A DNA stretch of 64,000 nucleotides from Eledone cirrhosa (lineage: Eukaryota). The DNA is taken from positions 384,400,001 through 384,464,000 of the forward strand of contig OZ024741.1 in assembly GCA_964016885.1 (NCBI GenBank), in the 5' to 3' direction. The position numbers were made by a program, and so were the translations under genes. The notes under the pieces were generated by a model that had not been told where the DNA came from, did not search any database, and was given only the letters and a program-made list of their open reading frames with translations. Shown here piece after piece: positions 24,600 to 38,118 of the stretch; within the stretch, counting starts at the first letter, position 1; every line of letters begins with the position of its first letter.

Positions 24600-27340
24600 C
24601 TTACAACTCTAGCACTGGCATTGCTGACACTTAATAGTTTCTGTTCTTGCCTTTTGAAGTCCAGCGGAGATAGGAAGGTGGTGATGGGAACAGGCCTGGT
24701 GGGGTGGAGACCAGTCAACCTGCACACATGTAGCCCTTGGTAGAAACAAAATCGCTAGTTCATCATAGCACTGCTCACCAGTAAATCTGGAATATCTAGA
24801 ATAGGTGACCTAAACATTGCCTGCTTCCTTAATCCTTCTGGGTAGATTAGCGTGGCTTGCAGATGTTCACTATGTGCTCGAAACAACAAAATGGCTACAA
24901 AATTTAATATAAAACTAAATATATTCTCTGTTGGAATACGAGGACCTTCATTGACAATCCTGAGGGATCCTCATCTGCACGAAGAACTGCCTTGATATGT
25001 AAAGAACTCCGAAAACATTCTGTCGATATAGTTGCCCTCTCAGAGACTCGGCTTGCTGAAGATGACCAAATCCAAGAACCTGCTGGAGGTTATACTTTTT
25101 TCTGGAAAGGTAGAAATCTTGAAGATTGAAGAGAAGCAGATATTGACTTCACAATCCGTAACATCATAATCTCGGTGCTGTGTGAGTTGTCATGTATATC
25201 ACCAATAGAATCATGACAATCAGCTTCCATCTAAGTGAAGGTAGATACTCTACCCTCATCAGCATATATACCCTTACCCTCGTGAATACTGAAGATGACA
25301 AGAACTGGTTTTAAGAAGAACTTCAAACTTTACTGCGATATTTGCCCAATTCAGACAAGATTACACTTGTTGGTGACTTCAATGTAAGAGCTGGCAAGGG
25401 TTGAGACATGGAGTTGCTTTGGACGATTTGGTGTGAGTAATGTAAACAATGGCTTACTCCTGCTCGAACTGTGCACCGTATTTAAGCTGATTATTTCCAG
25501 CACACAATTCCAACACAAAGGTGACCGTGTAACAACATGATGTATCCAAAGTCTAAGCAATGACACCTGCTGGACTACGTGATCCTCGTAAACATGACAT
25601 GCAAGATGTTTGCAATGTTCATTCCTTGTGCAGTTCAGAGTGCTGGGCAGACCATGCTTTTGGTGCGTTTGGTCATTAAGTCTCCTGCTCGATCAGAGGA
25701 AAGTTGGACATGGTATTTACAGCGCACTAAATCCAAGAAAAGTGTATAGAACAGAACTAGTGCTTATATCACGTCTTTGAAATCCCATAAAGGCATTTGA
25801 TACGGTCAACAGGGAAGCTCTCTGGGTTGTTTGGGGAAAGCTGAGCTGTCCCTAACATTTCTTCAACTTGGTCAAGTCCTTCCATGATTACATGGAGGCT
25901 TCTGTCAATGTTGAAGCTATTATGTCTGAACAAATAAAAGTAGAAAACGGTGTTAAACAGGGAGTCGTGGTTGCATCAACTTTGTTTTCCATTTTTTCTC
26001 TATTGTTTTTAATGATGCCTTCAAGAACTGTAACCAAGGTGTGTATATGCGATATCACAGTACAGGCAAGCTTTTTAACACACGCCGCTTTGCTGCTAAA
26101 TCAAAAGTCCTTCTAACTCTTGTCCGCGATCCCCTCTACGCTGATGACTGCGGCATGGTCTCGTGCACTGACATTGATATGCAGAGTTTCATGGTCAGAT
26201 TGTCCCAGTCATGTAAGGCCTTTTGTCTAACAATCAGTCTGGATAAAACAGCTGTCATATTTCAACCAGCCCCAAGCACAATCTATGTGAAACCTTCCAT
26301 TTACGCCGATGGGAAGAGCTGAAGCTTGTTTACAAACTTACCTACCTTGATAGTACGTTAAATCGCCACTGTTCCCTCGATGATGAAATATCTTTCGACT
26401 AAACCACTGACGCCTTGTCTACTCTTCAAGACCGTGTATTGTCTTAGAGAGGCTTGAAAAAGAAAACAAAACTAGATGTTTATAATGGCTCTGTTCTTAC
26501 AAGCCTACTTGTGATGCCTGGGTGATTTACAGGAAACATTTAGAATTATTGGAGCGTTTCCACCTAAGCTGCCTAAGATCAATCTTGGACACCCACTCGT
26601 AGGTTCCAGACAGAGGTACTGGAATTCGCTGATACACTCAGTCTAGAAGCTTTTGTACACACGCGCCACCTTTGCTGGGTAGGACATCTGATACAGCTGG
26701 ACGATAGCCGTATCCCTAAGCAGATGCTTTACGGAGGTCTGACTGAAGGAAAATGGCCTCAGCAAAACCCCAAGAAGCATTTCAGGGACTGTGTCAAAGA
26801 CTCGGTATTGCAGCTTGGTCCCAGCCTTCACGACTGATAAGTGGAGGTTGGCGACAAAAACAAGTGGAGAAGAAAAATATATGAAGGATGTCGATCACTC
26901 CATGTAAAGAAAATAAGCTGGCCAAAGACCGAAAGAGTTTCTCGCAAGGGAGGGAAAGTAGACCCAGCGGTTCCTCAGTTTGTTTGTCAAAGACCCCAAA
27001 GCCACCCCAGGAATCACATAGACAACCTATCAACAAAGTATGCCGAGTTCATTATTGCAGATTCATTTATTTGTGGTGTATGCGTCAAAATCAGCAAGAG
27101 CCGCTCTGGACTCACAAGACACTTAAAGATCGATAAAGATCTTCCATTGAGAAGCCTAACCATCAGGTTGTAAATATAGATTCGGATTTAGTTTGTAGAC
27201 TTTGTGGCAAACTCTGTAAGTTTCTCGCCGACTTCAAAAGTCTTTGCCGATTTCATGATAGTAGGAACAACCAACTGTGAGTCAATCTCTCAGCGATGGT
27301 TGTGCTCATCTGACGAGTGGACAGCCATCATGTATGTATG
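24600..27340 (+). mobile_element. Degenerate RTE-clade LINE (APE endonuclease, RT, C2H2 finger)
   Basis: DIVALSETRL, GYTFFWKG, VGDFN, KAFDTVNRE, GVKQG, LYADD, WVGHL..DSRIPKQML, CGVCVKISKSRSGLTRH; (ATGT)n tail; many frameshifts and deletions. Confidence 0.85.
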
Positions 27341-28319
27341 CATTTCTCTCTCTGAAACAGATACTGGAGTATTCTGAAATACAAACAAACAGTAACTATT
27401 ACGCAGTTTTTGCGTAATAGTTAATATGAATTAAAACTTTCCTGATTTGCTTTTCAGTGACTAAGTTCTAATTTTAATGTCCAGAGCATGAAATTTGAGT
27501 GAATGTAGCATTAGTATTATGACAAAAACAAAAACTGAAAATGGATCTTTTGCAGAGAATATTGTTTAGACAGAAATTCTGTTGGGGCATAAATTAGAAT
27601 ATTGCATAATGAATGTTTTAAAATTATATGCTGTTATTGTTGCTGCTGTTGTTCTCATACAACAGCCAAATAACGACACTAAAATTTCTCATCGTGTTAT
27701 TCTAATCATAGGACGGCTGTGTGCTGTTAATGCAATTTAAATCGCTTGAATATTTAATTAAGGCGTGAAACGAGGATTTTCTTCACATCTAATTTTTTCC
27801 ATCCGTACTTAAAATAATGAAAGTAATAAAGTAAAATGATGACGGGACATAAAAGAGATAATAATAAGATAAAAAGTTTAAAATATAAATTAATTAATTA
27901 ATTAATTAAAAAGTTGAAAATTTATAAAAAAAATTAAGAATAATATACAAAAGAAAATTTTTGTGAGAGATATCGAATTTTCTTAAAGCTGGAATTTTGT
28001 CACGTAATGTCAAAATTAAGTTATAGTGTAGGGGAAATTAGTGGATGTGATTTGAAAAGAATTACATTATCTATGCGGTTCTATTATAGATTTATCGTGT
28101 TTAAAAGCTTTGTAAATCGTATTGGCTACTCTTTGCAGATGTCTGTTTATTATGCATTTCTTTACATATTGAATTTCATGGGTTTCAGTTATACAAAAAT
28201 TGCAGGAGGTGTCCAGTTCTATATCCATGCTTTCACTATTATATTCCATTTTATATTGTATTTTCGGTGTTTTTAGTTTCCATACATTAGTGAATAATGA
28301 CATTTTATACTAAATGTAC

Positions 28320-28363
28320 AGTCGACCATACCGTGTTTGAAATGGATTAGCTGCGGCTCCTAC

Positions 28364-28459
<96 letters not shown>

Positions 28460-28502
28460 AGGAGCCGCAGCTAATCCATTTCAAACACGTTATGTTCGGC
28501 CA
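28320..28502. mobile_element. MITE-like element: about 43-bp inverted arms around a (TA)/(TG)n core
   Basis: cgtgtttgaaatggattagctgcggctcctac / gtaggagccgcagctaatccatttcaaacacg; left end TA-CAGTCGACC resembles pogo/Tigger TIRs. Confidence 0.55.
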
Positions 28503-28556
28503 TATATATATAATTTGACACCTCGTCCCTACTTATTATTAATATATAGATATTAG

Positions 28557-28815
28557 GCGGTGGTTTGGCAGTATCGGTAGAGAGTCGGATGCCATGCTTT
28601 GAAGCATAGAATTACGTCCCTTTATGATCTGAGTTCAAATCCCGCCGAGGTTAACTTTGCCTTTCATCCTTACGGGGTCGATAAAATAAAGTACCAGTAA
28701 TGTACTGGGTATTTGCTGGCCTTGTGTCTAAATAGAAACAATTATTAATATATAGATAAAGTACCAGTAATACACTGGGTAATTGCTGGCCTTGTGCCAA
28801 AAGTAGAAACAATTA
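28557..28815 (+). mobile_element. SINE, full length, with duplicated 3' end
   Basis: Family sequence 28557-28745; 3' segment repeated at 28757-28815. Confidence 0.9.
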
Positions 28816-29359
28816 TCAATATATAGATACGTAGATATATATTCTTTACTTTTGTTATTGCACATTGGTAGAAAATATCTTTGAGAGCGTACAATTTTAT
28901 TTCAATTGGCAAGTATTACACTTTCAGCAATTACAATTATTATCGATCGTACTGATGTGCGATTTGTTAAATTGTTAGATAAAAACGTTATTAGATGTTG
29001 GTAAAGATGATTGTATTGACATTGTCTAGTGTGGTGGAATATAAAAGAGCTTGAAGATATGTTTGTTTGGTTTGGTTTTATGTTAAAGATTTCGTTGTCA
29101 AGGTGTGTTCCCTTTCGGGCCATCTCTAGAGGAGCCGCTCCATGTAGAACCGCTACTTCTCCGAACTGAAATATCACAGATCTGATATTAAGGATATGCG
29201 GTTAAAATGCCTTATGAAAAAATCGCTAGACACATTTTACAGGTAAAACCTGGAGATGCATGAGTAGACTTCGAGCAAGACGCTTAAATAACATCCATGG
29301 GCTCGGCTGGTCTTGCCTAGGGACACAGCCGGATCAATTGGAAACTGTTGCTTCTGATA

Positions 29360-30855
29360 TAACCCACCATATAATATGGAGGTGGCCACACCATTAGCTA
29401 AGATCTTTCTATCCCTTATTACGAAGCATTTTCCCCCTACACATAAATATAGTAAAATTTTTAATAGAAATACTATTAAAATTTCTTACTCTACGACTCC
29501 TAACCTTGCACATAACAGCACAGCTTCAAATTTAGCTAAACTACCTAGCCGTAGGAACACGTGCAACCCTGTAGTTAGTACTAGCTGTAATTGTAGGAAT
29601 CGGGTTGATTGCCCCCTATCCGGGAAATGCCTCTCTAGTAACATTGTCTGAAACACCCACCTCCCGTAGGGCTTACATAGGGTTAACCGCCAATAGATTC
29701 AAGCAGCGTCTTTACATGCATACCCATTCTTTTCGTTACCCTCTAAGAAGGAATATGACGTCACTTTCAGCTTATATCTGGAGCCTAAAAGACAACCACG
29801 CCCAATATAAGTTACACTGGGAGATCCTAGCTAGGGCTAGATCGTATAACGGAAATAAAAGACCATGTGACCTCTGCGCCGCTGAGGCCCTGGAAATACT
29901 CTACGCCACAGACCACATCTTAAACAAAAAATCTGAGGCAATTTCGGCTTGTAAACATAAATTGCACAAAGCTTTCCTGTATTACAGCCCCACATTATAC
30001 CCTAACGGATAGTACGATCTATACGTGGATATTTTACGTCTTGATGTGGTAGCTAAGTATATGTTATTTTTATACCATTACTTATTTGCATAGGTAAGTA
30101 TATATTACCTGTATGTTTTGTGAAGGTACGTATACTTTCTCGTACGTATATTTGATTGTATATGTTATGGCGTATATTTTTATATATTGTGGTACATATG
30201 CTTTTGGTTATGTGTATACGGGAGTTTTGCGTCTGTGTCAGTATGCGGGTTCGTACGTATATTGGGTGTGTGTATATGTGTACTTCATGTTTTGGTTGAC
30301 GGTCGTCTCCGAACATTTGTGTATTTACATGTAGGTATATGTGTGCGCTTGTTATATACGTATTTATTTATTTATATACGTTTATTTAATTACTTATTTA
30401 TTTGTATACATGCACACACACACATATTTATATGTGTGTGGTTTTGTATACCTATGGCGAGTGTTTTCGCGTATGCTTGTGTATGTACGTATTTGGATGC
30501 GTGTATGTATTTATTTAATTTCAACTACCTCTGTATTGTATTTATTTACTTTATTCTTAACTCTGAAGCGGAGAATCATTCGGTTTCCTAGTTAAAATTT
30601 TAGTCTACGACTTCAGCTATACCATTTACGTGGTTTGGTCTTTGCGTGCAATTGTTCTCGAAATATTTACTTCTGCGTTCACAGATTGATTTTATTTAGT
30701 TTCAGAAGATCCCGTTAAGGGTGAAAGCAGAGATTCTTTGCTTAAACTTTAATCTGTTATTTTAATAAATATTTGCTCTACGGTTCTTATATATTTGATA
30801 TATATTTATCCTTATCGAGCCCTCTTTGGATTTTAGTCTTCAAATTTATTATTAT

Positions 30856-30860
<5 letters not shown>
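29360..30860 (+). mobile_element. 5'-truncated Naiad-type PLE (endonuclease + 3' UTR/pLTR)
   Basis: NPPY..KHFP..KIFNRNTIKISYSTTPN, CNCRNRVDCPLSGKC, YIGLTANRFKQR, CDLCAAE; UTR contains an HHR and ends in (TA)n. Confidence 0.9.
30698..30748 (+). ncRNA. Type I hammerhead-like ribozyme, U4A core variant
   Basis: AGUUU-CAGAAGA-U-CCC-GUUAA-GGG-U-GAAA-GCAGAG-AUU-CUUUGC-UU-AAACU. All three stems form; core position 4 is A. Confidence 0.75.
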
Positions 30861-30910
<50 letters not shown>

Positions 30911-30913
<3 letters not shown>

Positions 30914-31097
30914 AACGAGTAGGACCCCGACGGCTGAGCTCAAGCCGTTTCGACGGCTAATTCTGGACTAGAATTAGCCGTCGAAACGGCTTGAGCTCAG
31001 CCTTCGGGGTCCTACTCGTTCCTATTACCCACTCTACTGTATTGAGTACTTTGGTGCGTTATGGTCCATCTGGTTCCTTACCACATTTCCTTCGTTA
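30911..31097. mobile_element. Fold-back Naiad pLTR fragment (3' half of the U3-A8-family HHR on both arms)
   Basis: 30911-30964 is the reverse complement of 30970-31023; flanked by (TA)n. Confidence 0.8.
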
Positions 31098-31099
31098 TA

Positions 31100-31205
31100 T
31101 ATATATACATATATATATACATACATAATCTTGTGATAATTATATATAGATATGTGTGTGTGTATATATATATATACATAATATTGTAATAATTATATAT
31201 AGATA

Positions 31206-31263
<58 letters not shown>

Positions 31264-31589
31264 CATAATCTTGTGATAATTATATATAGATAAGTCTGTA
31301 CATATATTTATATACCTGCATAATCTTGTGATAATTTTATATAGACATCTGTGTATATATATATACATACATAATCTTGAGATAATCATATATAGACATG
31401 TGTATATATATATATACATACATAATCTTGTGACAATTATATATAGATATGTGTGTATATATATATATATAATCTTGTTATAATCATATATAGACGTCTG
31501 TGTATATATATATATATTTATATATATATATATTTATATATATATATATATATATACATAATCTTGTGATAATTATATATAGATATCTA

Positions 31590-31648
<59 letters not shown>

Positions 31649-31764
31649 TGGCTGCCAACTCGTTTTCGAGTACGGCCACTACTTTATATCCATGTAGGAG
31701 AACCCCTACCGGTGCACTAAACAAGTGTCACTTTTTAGTCCAGCCAGCGACTTGAAAACTCTGG

Positions 31765-31804
<40 letters not shown>

Positions 31805-31840
31805 GTACATACATAATATTGTGATAATTATATATAGACG

Positions 31841-31872
<32 letters not shown>

Positions 31873-31955
31873 CATACATACATAATCTTGTGATAATTAT
31901 AAATAGATATGTCTGTATATATATATATACATATATGATCTTGTGATAATTTATT
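31100..31955. repeat. Complex minisatellite (cataatcttgtgataattatatatagatatgtg + (TA)n)
   Basis: About 12 degenerate tandem units, interrupted by an RTE 3' end at 31647-31767. Confidence 0.85.
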
Positions 31956-33436
31956 TACATACTTATTTGTGAATACCTTTTCTATAAACACGCATTCAAT
32001 ACAAATTCGTCTTACATATTCCATCCTCAACTACATATGACCTTTTTTATCCATCATACATAATAGGTCTAAAATTCACCCGTATGAACCTGTAAAAATG
32101 AGACCACAACTAACAGAAACGGGAATATATTATTATAAAATGATTTACATTATCTACCTTCTAGGCAATGAAGAAATATTTTATGCTAGCCACTTATAGT
32201 GAAGCTGTAAGTAATGGTCGATTCATTGAAAAAAATACATTAAAGAAACTACAAGATCTACAACAAAATATAAAGACAAAATCAGAAAACTAATCCTTGA
32301 ATTAACATATGAAACATACAACATCACTGGTGAAAGACTGATGCGTTATTTATGCTGATGGCTGCCTTGATTTTCTGCAGCTGACAAAATGCAGAAGGCT
32401 GCCAATATTTCAATAGAATACATTTCTGACACTTCAACATTTCATTCTACATGTTGGATATTCAGTAAGTCTTGGTCGAGGTCAATTATGCTTGGATGCT
32501 TTTTAAGGCAGAAAGACTTTGCATACGCTGAATGTTTTATTCTTGACCTTTTAACCTCAGATCTACTCGTTCTTACACATATATGTTATTTGAAGTTTGT
32601 TCATTTAGTCGTAACTAACTTCACAGAAATTAATGTGAATTCGAGAACAGAAATGTTAAGGGATTTTAAAATTGCTTGTGTTGTGATTTATTTACTACAT
32701 ATGGTTATTAAAGGAAAGTTCTTGTGTCATATATGCAGACTATTGGCAAAATATATATAGTAGATTCAAAATTAATATCCAAAGATTTGTTTAACACTAA
32801 AACTACATTTGCTATGTCATAGTCCAACTGTATACAATTTCCAATGTCATTTAAATTTATTCAAAGTATAAATTTAAAAATTATGATTTTCCCTCCCTCA
32901 CCTTCTACAACTTGCTACCTTTAACGATCTCCGAAATAATAAGAAAAACACCTGAAGCTTTCACTATTAAAGAACGTTCGAACCACATTCATCAAAACTG
33001 AAATGTTATGACTACAGAGCACTCCGCTCATTTATCTAGCGATTCTATAAAACACAGGCGTGTATAGCTCATTGCGTTGTGCTTTTGTTTCTTAACATAA
33101 TGTTTAGTTTAAAGAATTGCTATTTCATCTAAGGCCTCTTCTATAGCCATTATAATGGACTTCAGAATACACCATCATTCAAGTACCCCATCCATTCTAA
33201 TCTGCATTGCCTATATTATCCAAACATTTTGATTAACTGATCTTATTGCATTTATTTCCCTTGATTGTTGAATTTAGATGGACTTTTGCCTAATCTTAGT
33301 TGATCTAAAATTTTCATCTCACTGTATTAGATATCTGAGACCTGACCCACGTTTACGTGTATTATACAGAACCAGCCCTGGGGTATTCATCCATACCCAC
33401 GTTGTTGATATAATCAGCATCACTACACTCCATGTA

Positions 33437-33500
<64 letters not shown>

Positions 33501-33816
33501 AACGGAAAAAATGAAACGAAATTGTATTTCCCACTCTTAGTACGGCTGTTACTTAAATATAAGTATGTACACGTACATACAGTACGTACATAGACATACA
33601 TACAATATAAGTATCCATACGTACATATATATATATGTGTGCATGTATGTATATATATATAGATACTACTGTACGTCTGTATACATATATGTATGTACGT
33701 GTACATACTTATATTTAAGTAACAGCCGTACTAAGAGTGGGAAATGAAATTTCGTTTCATTTCTTTCCGTTTATCGTTTTCGGTGCACCCGGACGATTTC
33801 AACAAACAAAGGAAGA

Positions 33817-33862
33817 TAAGCTGACAGATCTGTTTCATACTGTTGGTAATCATCAGGGCTTA
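33817..33862 (-). ncRNA. Type I hammerhead ribozyme (unit B)
   Basis: UAAGCC-CUGAUGA-U-UAC-CAACA-GUA-U-GAAA-CAGAUCUG-UC-AGCUUA. Further copies at 34213-34258 (+), 35711-35753 (-) and 36118-36160 (+). Confidence 0.9.
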
Positions 33863-34403
33863 GCACTCGCCGGTGCCTGTTGAAAATGATAGATGTTGGA
33901 TTCTTATAGAATTCCAGTAATAATCAGGAACTGATTATACAGATGATTGCCGGTCCAGCAAAAATTGAAAATTAGAATTGGTGCTCTGAAATATCGATGT
34001 ATACATAAATGTATATATAGTGTATTTGGCAATATACTGTATGCTTAATTAAAAATATTTTGAAGACCTTGCGCTATTATTTTAAAGTAGTGACTATGTC
34101 ACTTTCAATTTTTGCTGGACCGGAAAATCGCTCTGTATAATCAGTTCCTGATTAGTACTGGAATAATATAAGAATCCAACATCTATCATTTTCAACAGGC
34201 ATCGGCGAGTGCTAAGCTCTAACGATTACCAACAGTATGAAACAGACCTGTCAGCTTATCTCCCTTTGTTTGTTGAAAAAAGAAGTAAGTGACATAGTCA
34301 CTACTTCAAAATAATAGCGCAAGGTCTTCAAAATGTTTTTAATTAAGCATACAGTATATTGCCAAATATACTACATATACATTCATATATATATATATAT
34401 ATA

Positions 34404-34519
<116 letters not shown>

Positions 34520-35152
34520 CATGCATTATGTAAGTATGGATGGGTGGATAGGTAAAAAGTAAAGGTGGAAAAGCACAAAGTTATATTTAAAGATTTTTTT
34601 AACCCGACAGAATGAATAATTTTATAATTGTTACATTAACTGGATTTAAATGTTGCCAAATATTACTGGTTTTGATTCGTATATAAATCTTATCAAATAT
34701 TTTTAAAAGTTTGTTCTCATATTCTGCGACCAGTTATAACATATATATATATATTTGTTGTCTCTCCACCATTCCCCCACACACCATCAGAACTCTCTTC
34801 CCACCCACTTTTCTCCCGAAGAAGGGCTTATGCCCGAAACGTCATACACACACACACACCCCACCCCCACCCCACCCTCAAGAGCGTGAAACTAATAAAA
34901 AAAATTTCATTTCTCACTCTTAGTACGGCTGTTACTTAAATATAAGTATGTATATATACGTACATACATATATGTATACAGACGTACAGTGGTGTGTATA
35001 TATATACATACATGCACACATATATATATGTACGTATGGATTTACCGACCATTTATTATAATGCTCGGTTTGTTTGTAAACAAACATCCCGAATTACGCC
35101 GTACAGTGTTTAGCAACCATCGTTGCCCTTTTGTTCAACACTGACAAAGGAA

Positions 35153-35193
35153 CGATGTACTAGTTTCAAGCTTACTAGCTATCGTCAGCACCG
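35153..35193 (-). ncRNA. Minimal type I hammerhead ribozyme (unit A)
   Basis: CGGUG-CUGACGA-U-AGCU-AGUA-AGCU-U-GAAA-CUAG-UA-CAUCG; palindromic stem III. Confidence 0.9.
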
Positions 35194-35479
35194 TATACCT
35201 TCCTGCCAGATGATTGAACGTCTGAAAGTATATACTTTCCTTATGTATATTAACGGCTGAGCAGCCTAATTTGCATATCGAGTGACTTAATCGGCCGGGT
35301 GTACCGAAAACGATAAATGGAAAAAATGAAACGAAATTTCATTTCTCACTCTTAGTACGGCTGTTACTTAAATATAAGTATGTACACGTACACACATATA
35401 TGTATACAGACGTACAGTAGTATGTATATATATACATACATGCACACATATATATGTACGTATGGATTTAGCGAGCATT

Positions 35480-35554
<75 letters not shown>

Positions 35555-35710
35555 GATTGGTGCTCTGAAATAGCGATGTATACATGAATGTATTTATAGT
35601 ATATTTGGCAATATACCGTATGTTTAATTAAATTATTTTGAAGGCCATACGTTATCGGTTTTAAAGTAGTGACTACGTCACTTACATCTTTTCGGCAAAA
35701 GTAGGGAGAG

Positions 35711-35753
35711 AAGCTAACAATCTGCTTCACGCTGTTTAGCGATCATCAGAGCC
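35711..35753 (-). ncRNA. Type I hammerhead ribozyme (unit B, second subfamily)
   Basis: GGCU-CUGAUGA-U-CGC-UAAACA-GCG-U-GAAG-CAGAUUG-UU-AGCU. Stem II covaries with the 33817 copy; A15.1 mutated here. Confidence 0.75.
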
Positions 35754-36470
35754 ACGCACTCCCTTCTTCTGCCGAAAATTATAGAAGCCGGATTCTTATA
35801 GAATTCCAGAAATAATCAGGAGCTGATTATACAGAGAGATTGCCGGTCCAGCAAAAATTAGGTATTAGGATTGGTGCTCTGAAATAGCGATGTATACATG
35901 AATGTATGTATAGTATATTTGGCAATATACCGTATGTTTAATTAAAAACATTTTGAAGACCATACGCTATCATGTATACATCGCTATTTCAGAGCACCAA
36001 TCCTAATACCTAATATTTGCTGGACCGGCAATCGCTCTGTATAATCAGCTCCTGATTATCTCTGGAATTCTATAAGAATCCAGCTTCTATAATTTTCGGC
36101 GGAAGCAGGGAGTGCGTGGGTCTGAATTTCGCCAAACAGCGTGAAACAGACTGTTAGCTTCTCCCCCTTCTTTCGCCGAAAAGAAGTAAGTAACATAGTT
36201 ACTACTTTAAAACCGATAGCGTAATCTTCTTCAAAATATTTTTAATTAAACATACGGTATATTGGAAAGTGGTAGGTGGAGAAGTTAAAACAGCTCAAAA
36301 TACAGTAATTTATTATAATAAACAGTACAAAAGACTATGCTTCATACTTCTTTGAAAGATATTTAAAACAAAATCCTATTGTGTTAAAAATAATAATTAC
36401 GCATGAAGCAAATTATTCATTAATGTAATTACCAAATGCGTTTTTAAAAACGTATTTGGTAATTACTTTA

Positions 36471-36546
<76 letters not shown>

Positions 36547-36637
36547 TAAAATAGGTGTTAGTTAATCGCCGACACTATTGTATGCAGGATGGAGCACTCA
36601 AGGAATTATACAAGTTTACTCCAGAGTATAATTATAA

Positions 36638-36818
36638 TAATTGTTTCTACTTTTGGCACAAGGCCAGCAATTACCCAGTACATTACTGGTACTTTTATTT
36701 TATCGACCCCGTAAGGATGAAAGGCAAAGTTAACCTCGGCGGGATTTGAACTCAGAATGGCAAGGGCCGTAACTCCATGCGTCAAAGCATGGAGTCCGAT
36801 CCTCTGTCGATACTGCCA
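36638..36818 (-). mobile_element. tRNA-derived SINE
   Basis: Family sequence. Confidence 0.9.
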
Positions 36819-37223
36819 AAATGAAATACCAGTCAACAGGCTAGAATTTACTTCATTTATTCATAATCGCTGTTAAATATATGCTTTCTCAAAGCACCGG
36901 TGACATATGGCTTAGAATAAACAGCCTCACAGCATCAACACAAGGGATATAGAAGACCACTAACTATTGGTCAAAGGTAGTTCCACCCCCATATCTTCAA
37001 GCCGATGTGAATTCTTTAGTGGCACCATGGTCTGAGATTTGTTGTCCACTCGGTTAGGAACCAGGTCATTCAGAGAGGATTTAGTAGTAGGGGTTAACCT
37101 TGGAAATAGGTTGCTGTGTCAGATGCATTTGTTTACAGCAGCAACAATAACAGTCCAAGCTGCATTAAAGAGGATTGGCACTCGGCCTCTGTGACCGTAA
37201 TAGTAGTGGCAGTAATGATAATA

Positions 37224-37349
37224 TAATTGTTTCTACTTTTTGGTACAAGGCCAGCAATTACGCCGGCGCATTACTGGTGCTTTATTTTATCGACCCCGTA
37301 AGGATGAAAGGCAAAGTTAACCTTGGCAGGATTTGAACTCAGAACGTAA
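37224..37349 (-). mobile_element. SINE, partial
   Basis: Family 3' two-thirds. Confidence 0.85.
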
Positions 37350-38118
37350 TATAATACATTATAACCAGTCTCGCCAGTATACTCATTAGTTGAGAATTAG
37401 TGTTGACATATATCAATGATAAAATAGAATAAAAAAAATATAAAGTAAAATAAAGTAAAAATAAGGTTGAAGATAGATGACCATTAAATAAAGAAGGAAT
37501 ACATCACAAGCGAAAAATAAAAGTAAATGATACAAAAGTAAAAACAAAAGAGAAGAAAAAAACAAAAAAAACTCCAAGAAAAACAAACAGCTGGGATGTG
37601 GTAAAGGAACCAAGATTAGACTACGCCAACGTCCATCATAAAATTGATAGTCGTACAGAGATATAAAATATGCTAAGAAACGTATAAGATTTGTATATGC
37701 AATGAAGAAAGGGGTATTCCTAGTATTATTTTCTAAAGAAAACTTATTGTGGTCCTGATGTGTGGGTCCTATTTCCTGGGAGGTTGAGAAACTAACCAAC
37801 CGAGACGGTAGGTCCAAAAGCCCAGCCTTGAGCAGTGTCTGGTTGCAAATCTGGGATAGGTGGCTGGAATGCATGTTGTATAAGTGGTCGGAATGCCCGA
37901 GATAATGCATGTAGTGAGGCAATGTGTGAGTCCTAATACGGGGTTAGGGTGCCCCTGGGATGGAGTTAGAAATTAATAGAGGCAAAGAGAGAAACAAATA
38001 GAAACAGGGGGCTGGAATAGTCCATCTGGAATCTTAGGAGCAGGATTAGTAACCTTATATCTTGAAAAACGTCCCCATTCTTAGGTGTAGACAAATCCCA
38101 AAGAAATCAGCCCTTCTA

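Noticed and set aside
28045-28122. Possible decayed U3-A8 HHR (ATGTGAT-TTGAAAA...ATCGTAT)
   Set aside because: Needs GAAA restored from AAAA plus a register shift; too many assumptions in AT-rich DNA.
29103-29200. GAAA-TATCA/TGATA-TT-AAGG half hammerhead
   Set aside because: No CUGANGA-type core present.
32480-32565. Possible minus-strand host exon (SEVKRSRIKHSAYAKSF...)
   Set aside because: No pyrimidine-rich acceptor, no recognisable domain and no partner exons.
34816-34843. ccgaagaagggcttatgcccgaaacgtc, resembling a common PLE HHR
   Set aside because: U4 mutated to C and the 3' strand of stem I is replaced by microsatellite; relic only.
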